From Pseudonocardiaceae bacterium (GTDB taxonomy: Bacteria > Actinomycetota > Actinomycetes > Mycobacteriales > Pseudonocardiaceae), in NCBI GenBank assembly GCA_036279295.1, contig DASUJK010000129.1:40165-64164 (forward strand): a stretch of DNA of 24,000 nt, read 5' to 3'. Under the pieces are notes generated by a model. That model searched no databases, had not been told where the DNA came from, and was given only the letters and a program-made list of their open reading frames with translations. Shown here piece by piece: positions 8,061 to 15,982 of this stretch (position 1 is the stretch's first letter; every line of letters starts with the position of its first letter). The translations under genes and the position numbers were made by a program.

Positions 8061-8434
8061 ACGAGTTGCGCGTCGACATCGAGGACACCACCCTGAGCGA
8101 GGGACAGGAGGTCCTGTACCAGGGCGTGCCGCTGACCGGTGAAGTGATCCGCACCACCGCAGGCGGCGTCGTGGTCACGGCCAAGCAGTACCGCGACGGC
8201 CTGGAGGAGGGCACGCAGCGGGAGTGGTACGGCGACGGCACCCGCCAGTCCGAGTACACGGTCGTGGACACGAACGTGACCGGCGAGACGCTGGACTGGC
8301 ACCGCAACGGCCAACTGGCCCGTCGGCAGGAGTTCGACGAGTACGGTGAGCTGCGCAAACGCGAGGTGTGGGACGAGGACGGCGTGCCGCAGCCGGACGA
8401 GGCCGTGGACGACCGGGCTGACGACGCCGAGTAA
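8057..8434 (+). CDS. Putative immunity protein, MORN-variant/YwqK-like repeats with acidic tail
   Basis: The ATG overlaps the toxin stop (ATGA at 8057-8060). Repeated G-x-x-x-x-W/Y-x-x-x-G motifs ([51 protein letters not shown]) match the MORN-variant repeats of YwqK-family antitoxins. 125 aa. Confidence 0.7.
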   Translation: MNELRVDIEDTTLSEGQEVLYQGVPLTGEVIRTTAGGVVVTAKQYRDGLEEGTQREWYGDGTRQSEYTVVDTNVTGETLDWHRNGQLARRQEFDEYGELRKREVWDEDGVPQPDEAVDDRADDAE

Positions 8435-8565
8435 CCCTCTGTAGTCGACCGACGCCGGCCGACCAGCGCACTCACCCGACCGGCTGGCGAGCGAAACGGG
8501 CCGGTGGGCGGCGTGCCGCGTGGCCACACGACGCCCGAGCTACCATTCGATATCGGGTCGCGTCC

Positions 8566-10938
8566 GTGATCCGATCACTGGGCGCCGCCGTCGGGAGACG
8601 GGTGGCGCCAGGGGTGTCGGGAGCGTGGGTGAGCCAGGACGTCGAATCTGCGGCCGCTGCCGGAGCTGAGCAGTTGGCCGCCGCGCGGCCGCCGTCGGCC
8701 ACCCGCAGGGTGCGCGCCCGGTTGGCGAGGCGCATCACGGCCCAGCGGCCGTCCTCGGTCAAGCAGGTGCTCGAACCGCTCGCCGCCGTCCACCGTGACC
8801 TGCACCCCAACGCCGATCTCGGCCTGTTGCAGCGTGCCTACGACGTGGCCGAGGAGAAGCACCGCGAGCAGCGGCGCAAGTCGGGCGATCCGTACATCAC
8901 ACACCCGCTCGCCGTCGCGACCATCCTGGCCGAACTGGGCATGGACACCACGACCCTGGTCGCCGCCCTGCTGCATGACACCGTCGAGGACACCGACTAC
9001 TCACTGGAGCGCCTGCGGGCCGACTTCGGCGAGGTCGTCGAGCACCTGGTGGACGGCGTCACCAAGCTGGACAAGGTCAAACTCGGCTCGGCGGCCGAGG
9101 CCGAGACCATCCGCAAGATGGTCATCGCGATGGCCCGTGACCCGCGCGTACTGGTCATCAAGCTGGCCGACCGGCTGCACAACATGCGCACGATGCGGTT
9201 CCTGCCGCCGGAGAAGCAGGCCCGCAAGGCCCGCGAGACACTGGAAGTACTGGCCCCGCTGGCACACCGGCTCGGCATGGCGACGGTGAAGTGGGAACTG
9301 GAGGATCTCGCGTTCGCGATCCTGCAACCCAAGAAGTACGACGAGATCGTCCGGCTGGTGGCCAACCGGGCGCCGTCGCGGGACACCTACCTGCGCACGG
9401 TCAAGGAGGAACTGGCCGGACACCTCGCCGAGGCCAGGCTGGAGGCCGAGGTCCAGGGCAGGCCCAAGCACTACTACTCGATCCACCAGAAGATGATCGT
9501 CCGCGGCCGGGACTTCGACGACATCCACGACCTCGTCGGCGTGCGGATCATGGTGGACGACGTCCGCGACTGCTACGCCGCAATGGGCGTCGTGCACGCG
9601 ATCTGGCAGCCGATGCCCGGCCGGTTCAAGGACTACATCGCGCAGCCCCGGTTCGGCGTCTACAAGTCCTTGCACACCACCGTGATCGGGCCGGACGGCA
9701 AGCCGCTCGAAGTGCAGATCCGGACCAGGGACATGCACCACACGGCCGAGTACGGCATCGCGGCGCACTGGCGGTACAAGGAAACCAAGGGTTCGCACAA
9801 CGGCAAGTCCGTCGAGATCGACGAGATGGCCTGGATGCGGCAACTCCTGGACTGGCAGCGGGAAGCGGCCGACCCGGGCGAGTTCCTCGAATCGCTGCGC
9901 TACGACCTGGCCACCCGCGAGATCTTCGTGTTCACGCCCAAGGGCGACGTGGAGACGCTGCCGGCCGGCTCGACACCGGTGGACTTCGCGTACTCGGTGC
10001 ACACCGAGATCGGCCACAAGTGCATCGGCGCCCGGGTCAACGGCAGGCTCGTCGCGCTGGAACGCAAGCTGGAGAACGGTGAAGTAGTCGAGATCTTCAC
10101 CTCGAAGGCCGACGGCGCCGGGCCGAGCCGCGACTGGCTGTCGTTCGTCGCGTCACCGCGTGCCAAGACGAAGATCAAGCAGTGGTTCGCGAAGGAGCGC
10201 CGCGAGGAGGCCATCGAGGCCGGCAAGGACACCATCAGCAAGGAGGTCCGCAGGGTCGGACTGCCCCTGCAACGGCTGGTGTCCGCCGATTCGATGTCCG
10301 CGCTGTCCCGGGAACTGCGCTACCCGGACGTGACAGCGCTGTACGCGGCCATCGGCGAAGGCCAACTGTCCGGCCGGCACGTCGTGCAGCGTCTCGTCGC
10401 CCTGCTCGGTGGCGTCGAGCACGCCGAGGACGAGCTGGCCGAGCGCTCCACACCGTCCACAGTGACCAGACGCCGCGGTTCCGGCGACGCCGGCGTGGTG
10501 GTGGTCGGCGCGTCGGACGTGTGGGTCAAACTGGCGCGCTGCTGCACCCCGGTACCCGGCGACGAGATCCTCGGCTTCGTCACCCGTGGCGGCGGGGTCA
10601 GCGTGCACCGCAAGGACTGCACCAACGCCGGCGACCTGTACGACTCGCCGGAACGGCTGGTCGAGGTGTCCTGGGCCCCGTCGGCGTCGTCGGTGTTCCT
10701 GGTCGCCATCCAGGTCGAGGCGCTGGACCGGCACCGCCTGCTGTCCGACGTGACCAAGGTGCTTGCCGATGAGAAGGTCAACATCCTGTCCGCGTCGGTG
10801 GCCACGTCCCGGGACCGGGTCGCGGTCAGCCGCTTCTCCTTCGAAATGGGCGACCCGACGCACCTGGGCCACGTGCTCAAGGCCGTGCGCAGCGTGGAAG
10901 GCGTCTACGACGTGTACCGGATGACGTCAGCCAACTAG
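8566..10938 (+). CDS. relA: Bifunctional (p)ppGpp synthetase/hydrolase RelA/SpoT (Rel)
   Basis: Near-colinear with mycobacterial Rel as I recall it. HD domain ([13 protein letters not shown]...LLHDTVEDT), synthetase domain ([12 protein letters not shown]...DLVGVRIM), TGS ([10 protein letters not shown]), CCTPVPGD zinc-finger region and C-terminal ACT. The exact start is uncertain (GTG 8566 or a later GTG). Confidence 0.95.
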   Translation: MIRSLGAAVGRRVAPGVSGAWVSQDVESAAAAGAEQLAAARPPSATRRVRARLARRITAQRPSSVKQVLEPLAAVHRDLHPNADLGLLQRAYDVAEEKHREQRRKSGDPYITHPLAVATILAELGMDTTTLVAALLHDTVEDTDYSLERLRADFGEVVEHLVDGVTKLDKVKLGSAAEAETIRKMVIAMARDPRVLVIKLADRLHNMRTMRFLPPEKQARKARETLEVLAPLAHRLGMATVKWELEDLAFAILQPKKYDEIVRLVANRAPSRDTYLRTVKEELAGHLAEARLEAEVQGRPKHYYSIHQKMIVRGRDFDDIHDLVGVRIMVDDVRDCYAAMGVVHAIWQPMPGRFKDYIAQPRFGVYKSLHTTVIGPDGKPLEVQIRTRDMHHTAEYGIAAHWRYKETKGSHNGKSVEIDEMAWMRQLLDWQREAADPGEFLESLRYDLATREIFVFTPKGDVETLPAGSTPVDFAYSVHTEIGHKCIGARVNGRLVALERKLENGEVVEIFTSKADGAGPSRDWLSFVASPRAKTKIKQWFAKERREEAIEAGKDTISKEVRRVGLPLQRLVSADSMSALSRELRYPDVTALYAAIGEGQLSGRHVVQRLVALLGGVEHAEDELAERSTPSTVTRRRGSGDAGVVVVGASDVWVKLARCCTPVPGDEILGFVTRGGGVSVHRKDCTNAGDLYDSPERLVEVSWAPSASSVFLVAIQVEALDRHRLLSDVTKVLADEKVNILSASVATSRDRVAVSRFSFEMGDPTHLGHVLKAVRSVEGVYDVYRMTSAN

Positions 10939-11274
10939 CTTCAGGATTTCGTCCAGCGCGGCCTGACCATCGGGTGCTCGTTTCGGCAGCCGGTCAACGA
11001 GATCGGCCAGGTGGACCCCGTCGACCTCGCTGACGATCGAGGCGATCTCCGCGAACGTAGTCCGTGGCCTGGCGCCGAGCTGTACGTAGGAGCTGATGTC
11101 GCCGCCCATCTGGTACGTGACAACAGCGGCGGCGAGAAAATGTGCCCATATCTGCCCTATGTCGCCAGCCGCTCCCCGCAAATGGTTGGCCAGGTTGTGA
11201 TGGCTGAGGGCTACCTGCTGCGGATCGAACGCCACGTACGCCAGCCGCAGCGCGTCTGCCTCCAGGAAAAAGCT
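10927..11274 (-). pseudogene. Out-of-frame C-terminal continuation of the CHAT-STAND-TPR protein (open frame downstream of the A5/T5 frameshift site)
   Basis: The minus-strand frame opens after a TAG at 11275-11277. It reads SFFLEADALRLAYVAFDPQQVALSHHNLANHLRG..., a TPR-like, protein-like sequence. The annotated frame of the large ORF instead ends in Arg/Trp-rich SWRQTRCGWRTWRSIRSR*. Confidence 0.6.
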
Positions 11275-14200
11275 CTATCCTGATGCGACAGCGTGCGCTC
11301 AATGTTGGCCTGTGCGGACAAGGTCTTGCTGAGTAGGTCGATTTTGTTGTTCTGTTCGAAAACGGATCGACACCATCGCAGCAGCTCAATGGCCTCGTCC
11401 ATTCGATCCAGGCGGCACAGTGCTTCGCAGTCGTTGAAGAGAGTTGTCGCCTGTTCGACCGCGGAAGCGCCGCGGGCGCGTTGGGACGCGTTGTGTTCCG
11501 CGTTGATCTCCAGGGCCAGCTCCCATAGGCCCAGTTCTCCAGCGGAAATGGAACCGAGATTGAGGATGGGCTCGCGACTAATCCACGCGGAACCAGTTTC
11601 GTCTACGCCTTGGATATCCAGCAGTGTCGCCATCGCGATGCGGTGCTGTTCGACCGAATCCAGCACTTCTTGATGACGGCCTTGGTGCCAGAGGATCTGA
11701 AGACGTTGAGCATCGTCCCCGATCCGGGTCCACGGCCCGAGGCCAGCCCGGGCGCTGTATTCAATCTTGTCGTCCGCGAGTTGGAGGGCTTCGTCGAGGC
11801 GGCCGGCCCGACGAAGCAGGTTGATCAGGCTGGGTGCGATGATCGAAGCGGCGCGAAAATCACCCTGCGCCACAGCGAGATCCAGTAACTCACGGAATCG
11901 AGTTGTCGCATGGTCCGGGTGCAGTACAGCTAGCGCCTGAGCATGGACGCGTCCGGCCATCAGTGCGTGCTCGGTGCTGATGGTGGCATCCATGGCACTT
12001 GCAAGTAGTGGCAGAAGTGCCGATGCGGTGATTGCCGAGGCGTCATATTGGACTAGCGCGTCGGCAGCGACACTGAATTCCAACCAGCGGTGTTGGTGGA
12101 ACAGATACGGAGCCGATGATCGGGCCGAATGAAGGATCATAGGTCCAAGTTGGTCGGTCTGTTCCCGTTGCAGCGCGGCGTGAAGTACCGCCAGCCATAG
12201 GTCGCCGAGCACGGTGTCCACCGCATTGGCGAACTCGGAACGCGCGCGGTCGCGTACTGTTTCGGCGATGCCTGGATGGACGCGATAGGTACTGGCCGCT
12301 ACCAAGGCCGCGTCGAGCAATGGTGGCATCGACTTGGCCGGATCTGGTGGATCGCCCGGACGTCCTAACCGCTCCCACACCGCAGTCCAGGCGCCCTCGG
12401 CGATCCTGGCGTTGCGGTCGCTCTCCTCCAGGCAGCACAGGAACTGGAAGAACACGGCGGCGTCCGATGGCAAGCCGGCCACCGTGGCTAGGGTCCAGGT
12501 CCGCAGGACAGCCAGGTAGTTCGCATCGGTCGCCTCGGACTCGCCGTCCAGGAACGGTGCCAGCCGGGTGCCTCCGCGCTGCCACGTCTCGTCCGCCTCG
12601 GCCAACCGGGTCGCGAGCCGCTCGGGATCAGCGGCATGGCCGTCGGCCAGCTCGATCAGCTTGGGGTGGCCTTGGACCACGGTGATCGTGCGCCTGGCCA
12701 GTTCAGGGTCGCTGTCGATGAGCGCCCTGAGGTGCGGCAACTCCCGAGCGAGCAACACAGCTTCCCGCAGCGACAGAGCGTGCACCGGCTCGACCAGCAC
12801 CGAATCGGGCAGTCCAACCGGCCGACGACGCGAGGTCAGCACCAGCCGGGACAGGCCATGATGCGCCGTCATCGCGTCGATCAGCAGCGCCCACCGCTCG
12901 TCCCGCCACTCGCCGCCGTCCGTGAGCAGCGACTCGACGTTGTCCAGGACGACCAGTACTCGCTCCTGCTCCAACACCTCGGTGAACGACGGCAGCCACG
13001 CCCGCCACGCGTCGATGTCGCCGACGAGGTGCGCGAGCTTGAGCCCCGGCAGTTGCCGCTCCAACGCGAACGCGAAGTCCGACAGGGCCGTCGTGATGTC
13101 GTGGCCTTCAGGCGGTGCCGCATGCCAGGCCATCGCCGGGAACGACTCCTGGTGCGTGTACGCCAGTTCCAGCGCACACGCGGTCTTGCCGGCTCCCGCC
13201 ATGCCGTGCAACAGGATGCCGCTGCGGCCGCTGTGCGGGGCCAACGCTGTGGTCGCCCGCGTCATCGGCTCGACCCGGCCGACGAATCGCTCCGGCTGCG
13301 CGGGAAAGTCGGCCAGCTTCTGCCGTTCCGCGTCGAACACCAGCGGCGCACCCGGCGGTGGCACCAGTTTCAGGTCGCCCGCACGCGGCCCGAACAACGT
13401 TGGCGTCGCCACGGACATCGCAGGTGCGGCAGCCGTCGGCGGCTGCACGGCGGCCTGGGGCAACGACAACGCCAAGGCACGCGCGACCGACTGCCCTTTG
13501 CCCAGTACCAAGCCGTAGAACGATTCCGCCAACGCGATTGCGAAGTCGTCGACCACCGGATAGCGCATCGCCAGGACCGCGCAGTCCAATGTGCCGGCCA
13601 CCTCGGTCGCGATGGCAGGCAGTGCTCCGCTGTCAGCGTCGGTGTCGACATCGCGCACGGCCGGTGCCAGCCCGAGCAGGTGCAGCTGCTCACCGGCCGC
13701 CACCGCCGCCGACTCGCACGCGGACAACGTGACCAGCTTGATCTGGTCGGCAGCCAGGTCGAGCAGATCAACGAGATCGGTGCTGCTGATCAGGTCCAGC
13801 CGGCCAGTGTCGTCCTCCAGCACCAGCCCTGCCGGCAGGCCGTGGCCGGACAGGTGCACCACGTCCCAGCCGGCGTCCTCCAACAACGCTTCACGCAGCC
13901 GTTCCCTGGTCGCGCCGTACTGGAGCACGCGCAGCTCGATGGGCTTGTTGTTGACAGCGGCGATCTCGTGGACGAGCCGGGCCAGCGCGAACCGCTCCTT
14001 GCGCAGGTTCAGCGCTCCCGCGTCCTCGGGCAGGCTGAACACGGCCAGCATCCGCAGCCGTTCGCCGACATCGGACTTGGCGAGCGGGCGGTGTGGCTGC
14101 TGGTCGATGATGAAGCCGACGCGGTGCCCGGCCAGCGTGCGCCCGTCCACCCGGGCCAACTCCCACGGCAGACAAGCCAGCACACCGGCTTCGGCGGGCA

Positions 14201-14510
14201 CCTCGATCCGCACCGGCCGCCGATGGCGCGCCAACACCGCCGCCAGGCCGCCGAAGACGCGCTCGGTGATCCACTCGCCGAGCTGGTCGACCAGCTCGGC
14301 CTCGTGGCGCAGCCGCCGGTCGGGTGCCGCGTTGTGCCGCAGATAACCGTGCAGGTCATGGAACGCGGTGTACTGCCATTCCTGGCCGCGCAGGTCGACG
14401 ACGTGGTCACCCAGGAACGTGCCGGCGTCGGTCAGCCGCCATCGCCACTTCGTCGGACCGGCGTGGTCGAGCACCTCAAGGCGCAGTTCCACGTCACTGT
14501 GTCGCGACAT
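11211..14510 (-). CDS. NLR-like STAND protein: N-terminal CHAT (caspase-like) protease + NB-ARC/AAA P-loop NTPase + C-terminal helical/TPR sensor (apparently frameshifted near 3' end)
   Basis: CHAT dyad context VVHLSGHG (13839-13856) and LVTLSACESA (Cys codon 13716-13718). Walker A GMAGAGKT (13182-13205). Walker B VLVVLDNVE (12933-12959). Long alpha-helical repeat C-terminus. Confidence 0.8.
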   Translation of the reverse strand: MSRHSDVELRLEVLDHAGPTKWRWRLTDAGTFLGDHVVDLRGQEWQYTAFHDLHGYLRHNAAPDRRLRHEAELVDQLGEWITERVFGGLAAVLARHRRPVRIEVPAEAGVLACLPWELARVDGRTLAGHRVGFIIDQQPHRPLAKSDVGERLRMLAVFSLPEDAGALNLRKERFALARLVHEIAAVNNKPIELRVLQYGATRERLREALLEDAGWDVVHLSGHGLPAGLVLEDDTGRLDLISSTDLVDLLDLAADQIKLVTLSACESAAVAAGEQLHLLGLAPAVRDVDTDADSGALPAIATEVAGTLDCAVLAMRYPVVDDFAIALAESFYGLVLGKGQSVARALALSLPQAAVQPPTAAAPAMSVATPTLFGPRAGDLKLVPPPGAPLVFDAERQKLADFPAQPERFVGRVEPMTRATTALAPHSGRSGILLHGMAGAGKTACALELAYTHQESFPAMAWHAAPPEGHDITTALSDFAFALERQLPGLKLAHLVGDIDAWRAWLPSFTEVLEQERVLVVLDNVESLLTDGGEWRDERWALLIDAMTAHHGLSRLVLTSRRRPVGLPDSVLVEPVHALSLREAVLLARELPHLRALIDSDPELARRTITVVQGHPKLIELADGHAADPERLATRLAEADETWQRGGTRLAPFLDGESEATDANYLAVLRTWTLATVAGLPSDAAVFFQFLCCLEESDRNARIAEGAWTAVWERLGRPGDPPDPAKSMPPLLDAALVAASTYRVHPGIAETVRDRARSEFANAVDTVLGDLWLAVLHAALQREQTDQLGPMILHSARSSAPYLFHQHRWLEFSVAADALVQYDASAITASALLPLLASAMDATISTEHALMAGRVHAQALAVLHPDHATTRFRELLDLAVAQGDFRAASIIAPSLINLLRRAGRLDEALQLADDKIEYSARAGLGPWTRIGDDAQRLQILWHQGRHQEVLDSVEQHRIAMATLLDIQGVDETGSAWISREPILNLGSISAGELGLWELALEINAEHNASQRARGASAVEQATTLFNDCEALCRLDRMDEAIELLRWCRSVFEQNNKIDLLSKTLSAQANIERTLSHQDRAFSWRQTRCGWRTWRSIRSR

Positions 14511-14511
14511 G

Positions 14512-15804
14512 TCAGCACCGTATTACCGGACCGGTCACCCCGCGATAGGTCACCCCACCGTCCGACGAGAGCTGGACGATCGGGATCGCCCTGTCGAGCG
14601 GGTTGCCCGCCTTGTCGAAGCACAGGTAGCCGCTCGCGCCGTGCACCGGCCGCTCGGGACTGATCGCGGTCAGCACCTCGTCGTGCGACACGATGGCCTG
14701 ATCGTCGTCGAGTGCGGTGGCGGGCTCGGCCGGGAACATGTGGCTGAACCCGTGTGGTGCCTTGGTGAACCACGCCGTGGTGGCCGGGTCGGCCAGTGCC
14801 GGACCGCGCCACATGCCGGGGCTGGCCAGCGCCGTGAAGTACACGGTCATGTTCGCCGACGCCGACCACAGGTCGGGTTGGCCGGCGATCTGTGCCGCGT
14901 CACTGCTGGTCAACACCGTCAACGGCTGGGTCCTGGCACACGATCGGTGGCCCAGTTCCGTGAGAGTGCGGCGCAGATCCGGGCCGGTGCCGGCGAAGTA
15001 GAGGACGTTCACGTGCGCCCGGCACACGCCGTCGCCACCGCCCGCGGCACTGGCCGTCAACACCGTTGCCGCCGCCGGCACGCCGGAGTCGTACTCCGAG
15101 CCCGGGCCGACGATCTGGTAGCGGTTCCGCACTGCGGGCGCATACGCGTCGCCCAACGCGATCGCGTGCGCGTCCGCCGGATTCTCGTCCTGCATCAGCC
15201 ACATCCGTGGCCGAGCGGGCAACCGATCGGGACGGGTGTCCAGGAAGCGGATCGCGGCCGACACCTCGTCCGGATACGTCGGAGTCACTCGGACCAGCCC
15301 ATGGATCCCGGCCAGGTCACCGGTGCCGACCATCGCGATGTGCCGGCCTGCCAAGGCATGGGCCAGGTCGGCATCCCCACTGCCCAGGCCGATCACCGCC
15401 ATCGGGTGCTGTCCGTGGAGCGCGGTCACTGCCGGCTGCCACGCCCGGTCGTCGGCCAGCACGAGGCGGACCAGCGGTGAGCCGGTGGTGCTGTCGGTCG
15501 GATGATTGGCCTCGTACTGCGCCAGATATGCGCCCTCAACGGCATGCCTGGTGTCCGCCGAGCCATTCGGCACCACCAGCACCACGATGGTCACAAAGTG
15601 CTTTCCGGTGCCGGCCACCCATTTGTTCTGTTGGTGGATCAGATTCTCCACCTGCCGTAGGTTCGCGTTGAACACATGTCCGCCGTCGGTCACGTACACC
15701 GGGGCAGGCGGAATCGGTCGTAGTGCGTAGGCAACGCCCCCAGCGGCTGCCAACACGATGACAAAAAGTGGAACGATCAGTCTTCGGCGTCGCCACCAGG
15801 GCAT
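14512..15804 (-). CDS. Membrane-anchored/secreted type-I periplasmic-binding-protein-like (LivK/Peripla_BP_6-like) protein, no cognate ABC permease nearby
   Basis: ATG at 15804 preceded by GGGGGAGG with a 7-nt spacing. N-terminus MPWWRRRRLIVPLFVIVLAAAGGVAYAL (signal/anchor). Body pattern AVEGAYLAQYEAN...LVRLVLADD...AVIGLGSGD...VRVTPTYPDE typical of type-I PBPs. The TGA stop is 1 nt from the ATG of the CHAT-STAND gene. Confidence 0.65.
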   Translation of the reverse strand: MPWWRRRRLIVPLFVIVLAAAGGVAYALRPIPPAPVYVTDGGHVFNANLRQVENLIHQQNKWVAGTGKHFVTIVVLVVPNGSADTRHAVEGAYLAQYEANHPTDSTTGSPLVRLVLADDRAWQPAVTALHGQHPMAVIGLGSGDADLAHALAGRHIAMVGTGDLAGIHGLVRVTPTYPDEVSAAIRFLDTRPDRLPARPRMWLMQDENPADAHAIALGDAYAPAVRNRYQIVGPGSEYDSGVPAAATVLTASAAGGGDGVCRAHVNVLYFAGTGPDLRRTLTELGHRSCARTQPLTVLTSSDAAQIAGQPDLWSASANMTVYFTALASPGMWRGPALADPATTAWFTKAPHGFSHMFPAEPATALDDDQAIVSHDEVLTAISPERPVHGASGYLCFDKAGNPLDRAIPIVQLSSDGGVTYRGVTGPVIRC

Positions 15805-15840
15805 ACGTCGGCCTCCCCCTCGCGCACCGCAACCAGTCCC

Positions 15841-15867
15841 ACGCATTTCGACCCCCGCGAAATGCGT
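15841..15867. promoter_or_regulatory. Perfect 10-bp inverted repeat ACGCATTTCG-N7-CGAAATGCGT upstream of the PBP-like/CHAT-STAND operon
   Basis: Read directly from the sequence. Lies 37-63 nt upstream of the 15804 start and 116 nt downstream of the cyclophilin stop. It could be an operator or the terminator of the upstream gene. Confidence 0.35.
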
Positions 15868-15982
15868 TCATGGACATTTCCTGGACACCGCGACCGGGCA
15901 TTTACCCGGGCGCGGCCGGACTGATTGTGGTGTGCCGAGGCGGCCGAATGCAGCCGCTGTTCGGGTAACGGAGCGGGTGAAC

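Noticed and set aside
11267-11271. Programmed -1 ribosomal frameshifting at the T5 run in the NLR-like gene
   Set aside because: In the zero frame the codons are GCU UUU UCC, which does not form an X XXY YYZ slippery heptamer. I saw no obvious downstream stimulatory structure. A simple indel (real or sequencing) is more parsimonious, and it is kept as a finding only in that sense.
12636-14663. 675-aa plus-strand ORF antisense to the CHAT-STAND gene
   Set aside because: The translation is Arg/Gln/Pro/His-rich nonsense. The minus strand carries CHAT, Walker A and Walker B motifs in one frame.
14368-15480. 370-aa plus-strand ORF opposite the PBP-like gene
   Set aside because: No motifs and an Arg/His/Gly-rich composition. 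The minus-strand frame has an SD-preceded start, a signal anchor and a PBP-like pattern.
15805-15846. Track start at 15846 for the PBP-like gene
   Set aside because: The extension (MRGTGCGARGGGRR) would run through the palindrome region. The ATG at 15804 has a GGGGGAGG SD at ideal spacing.
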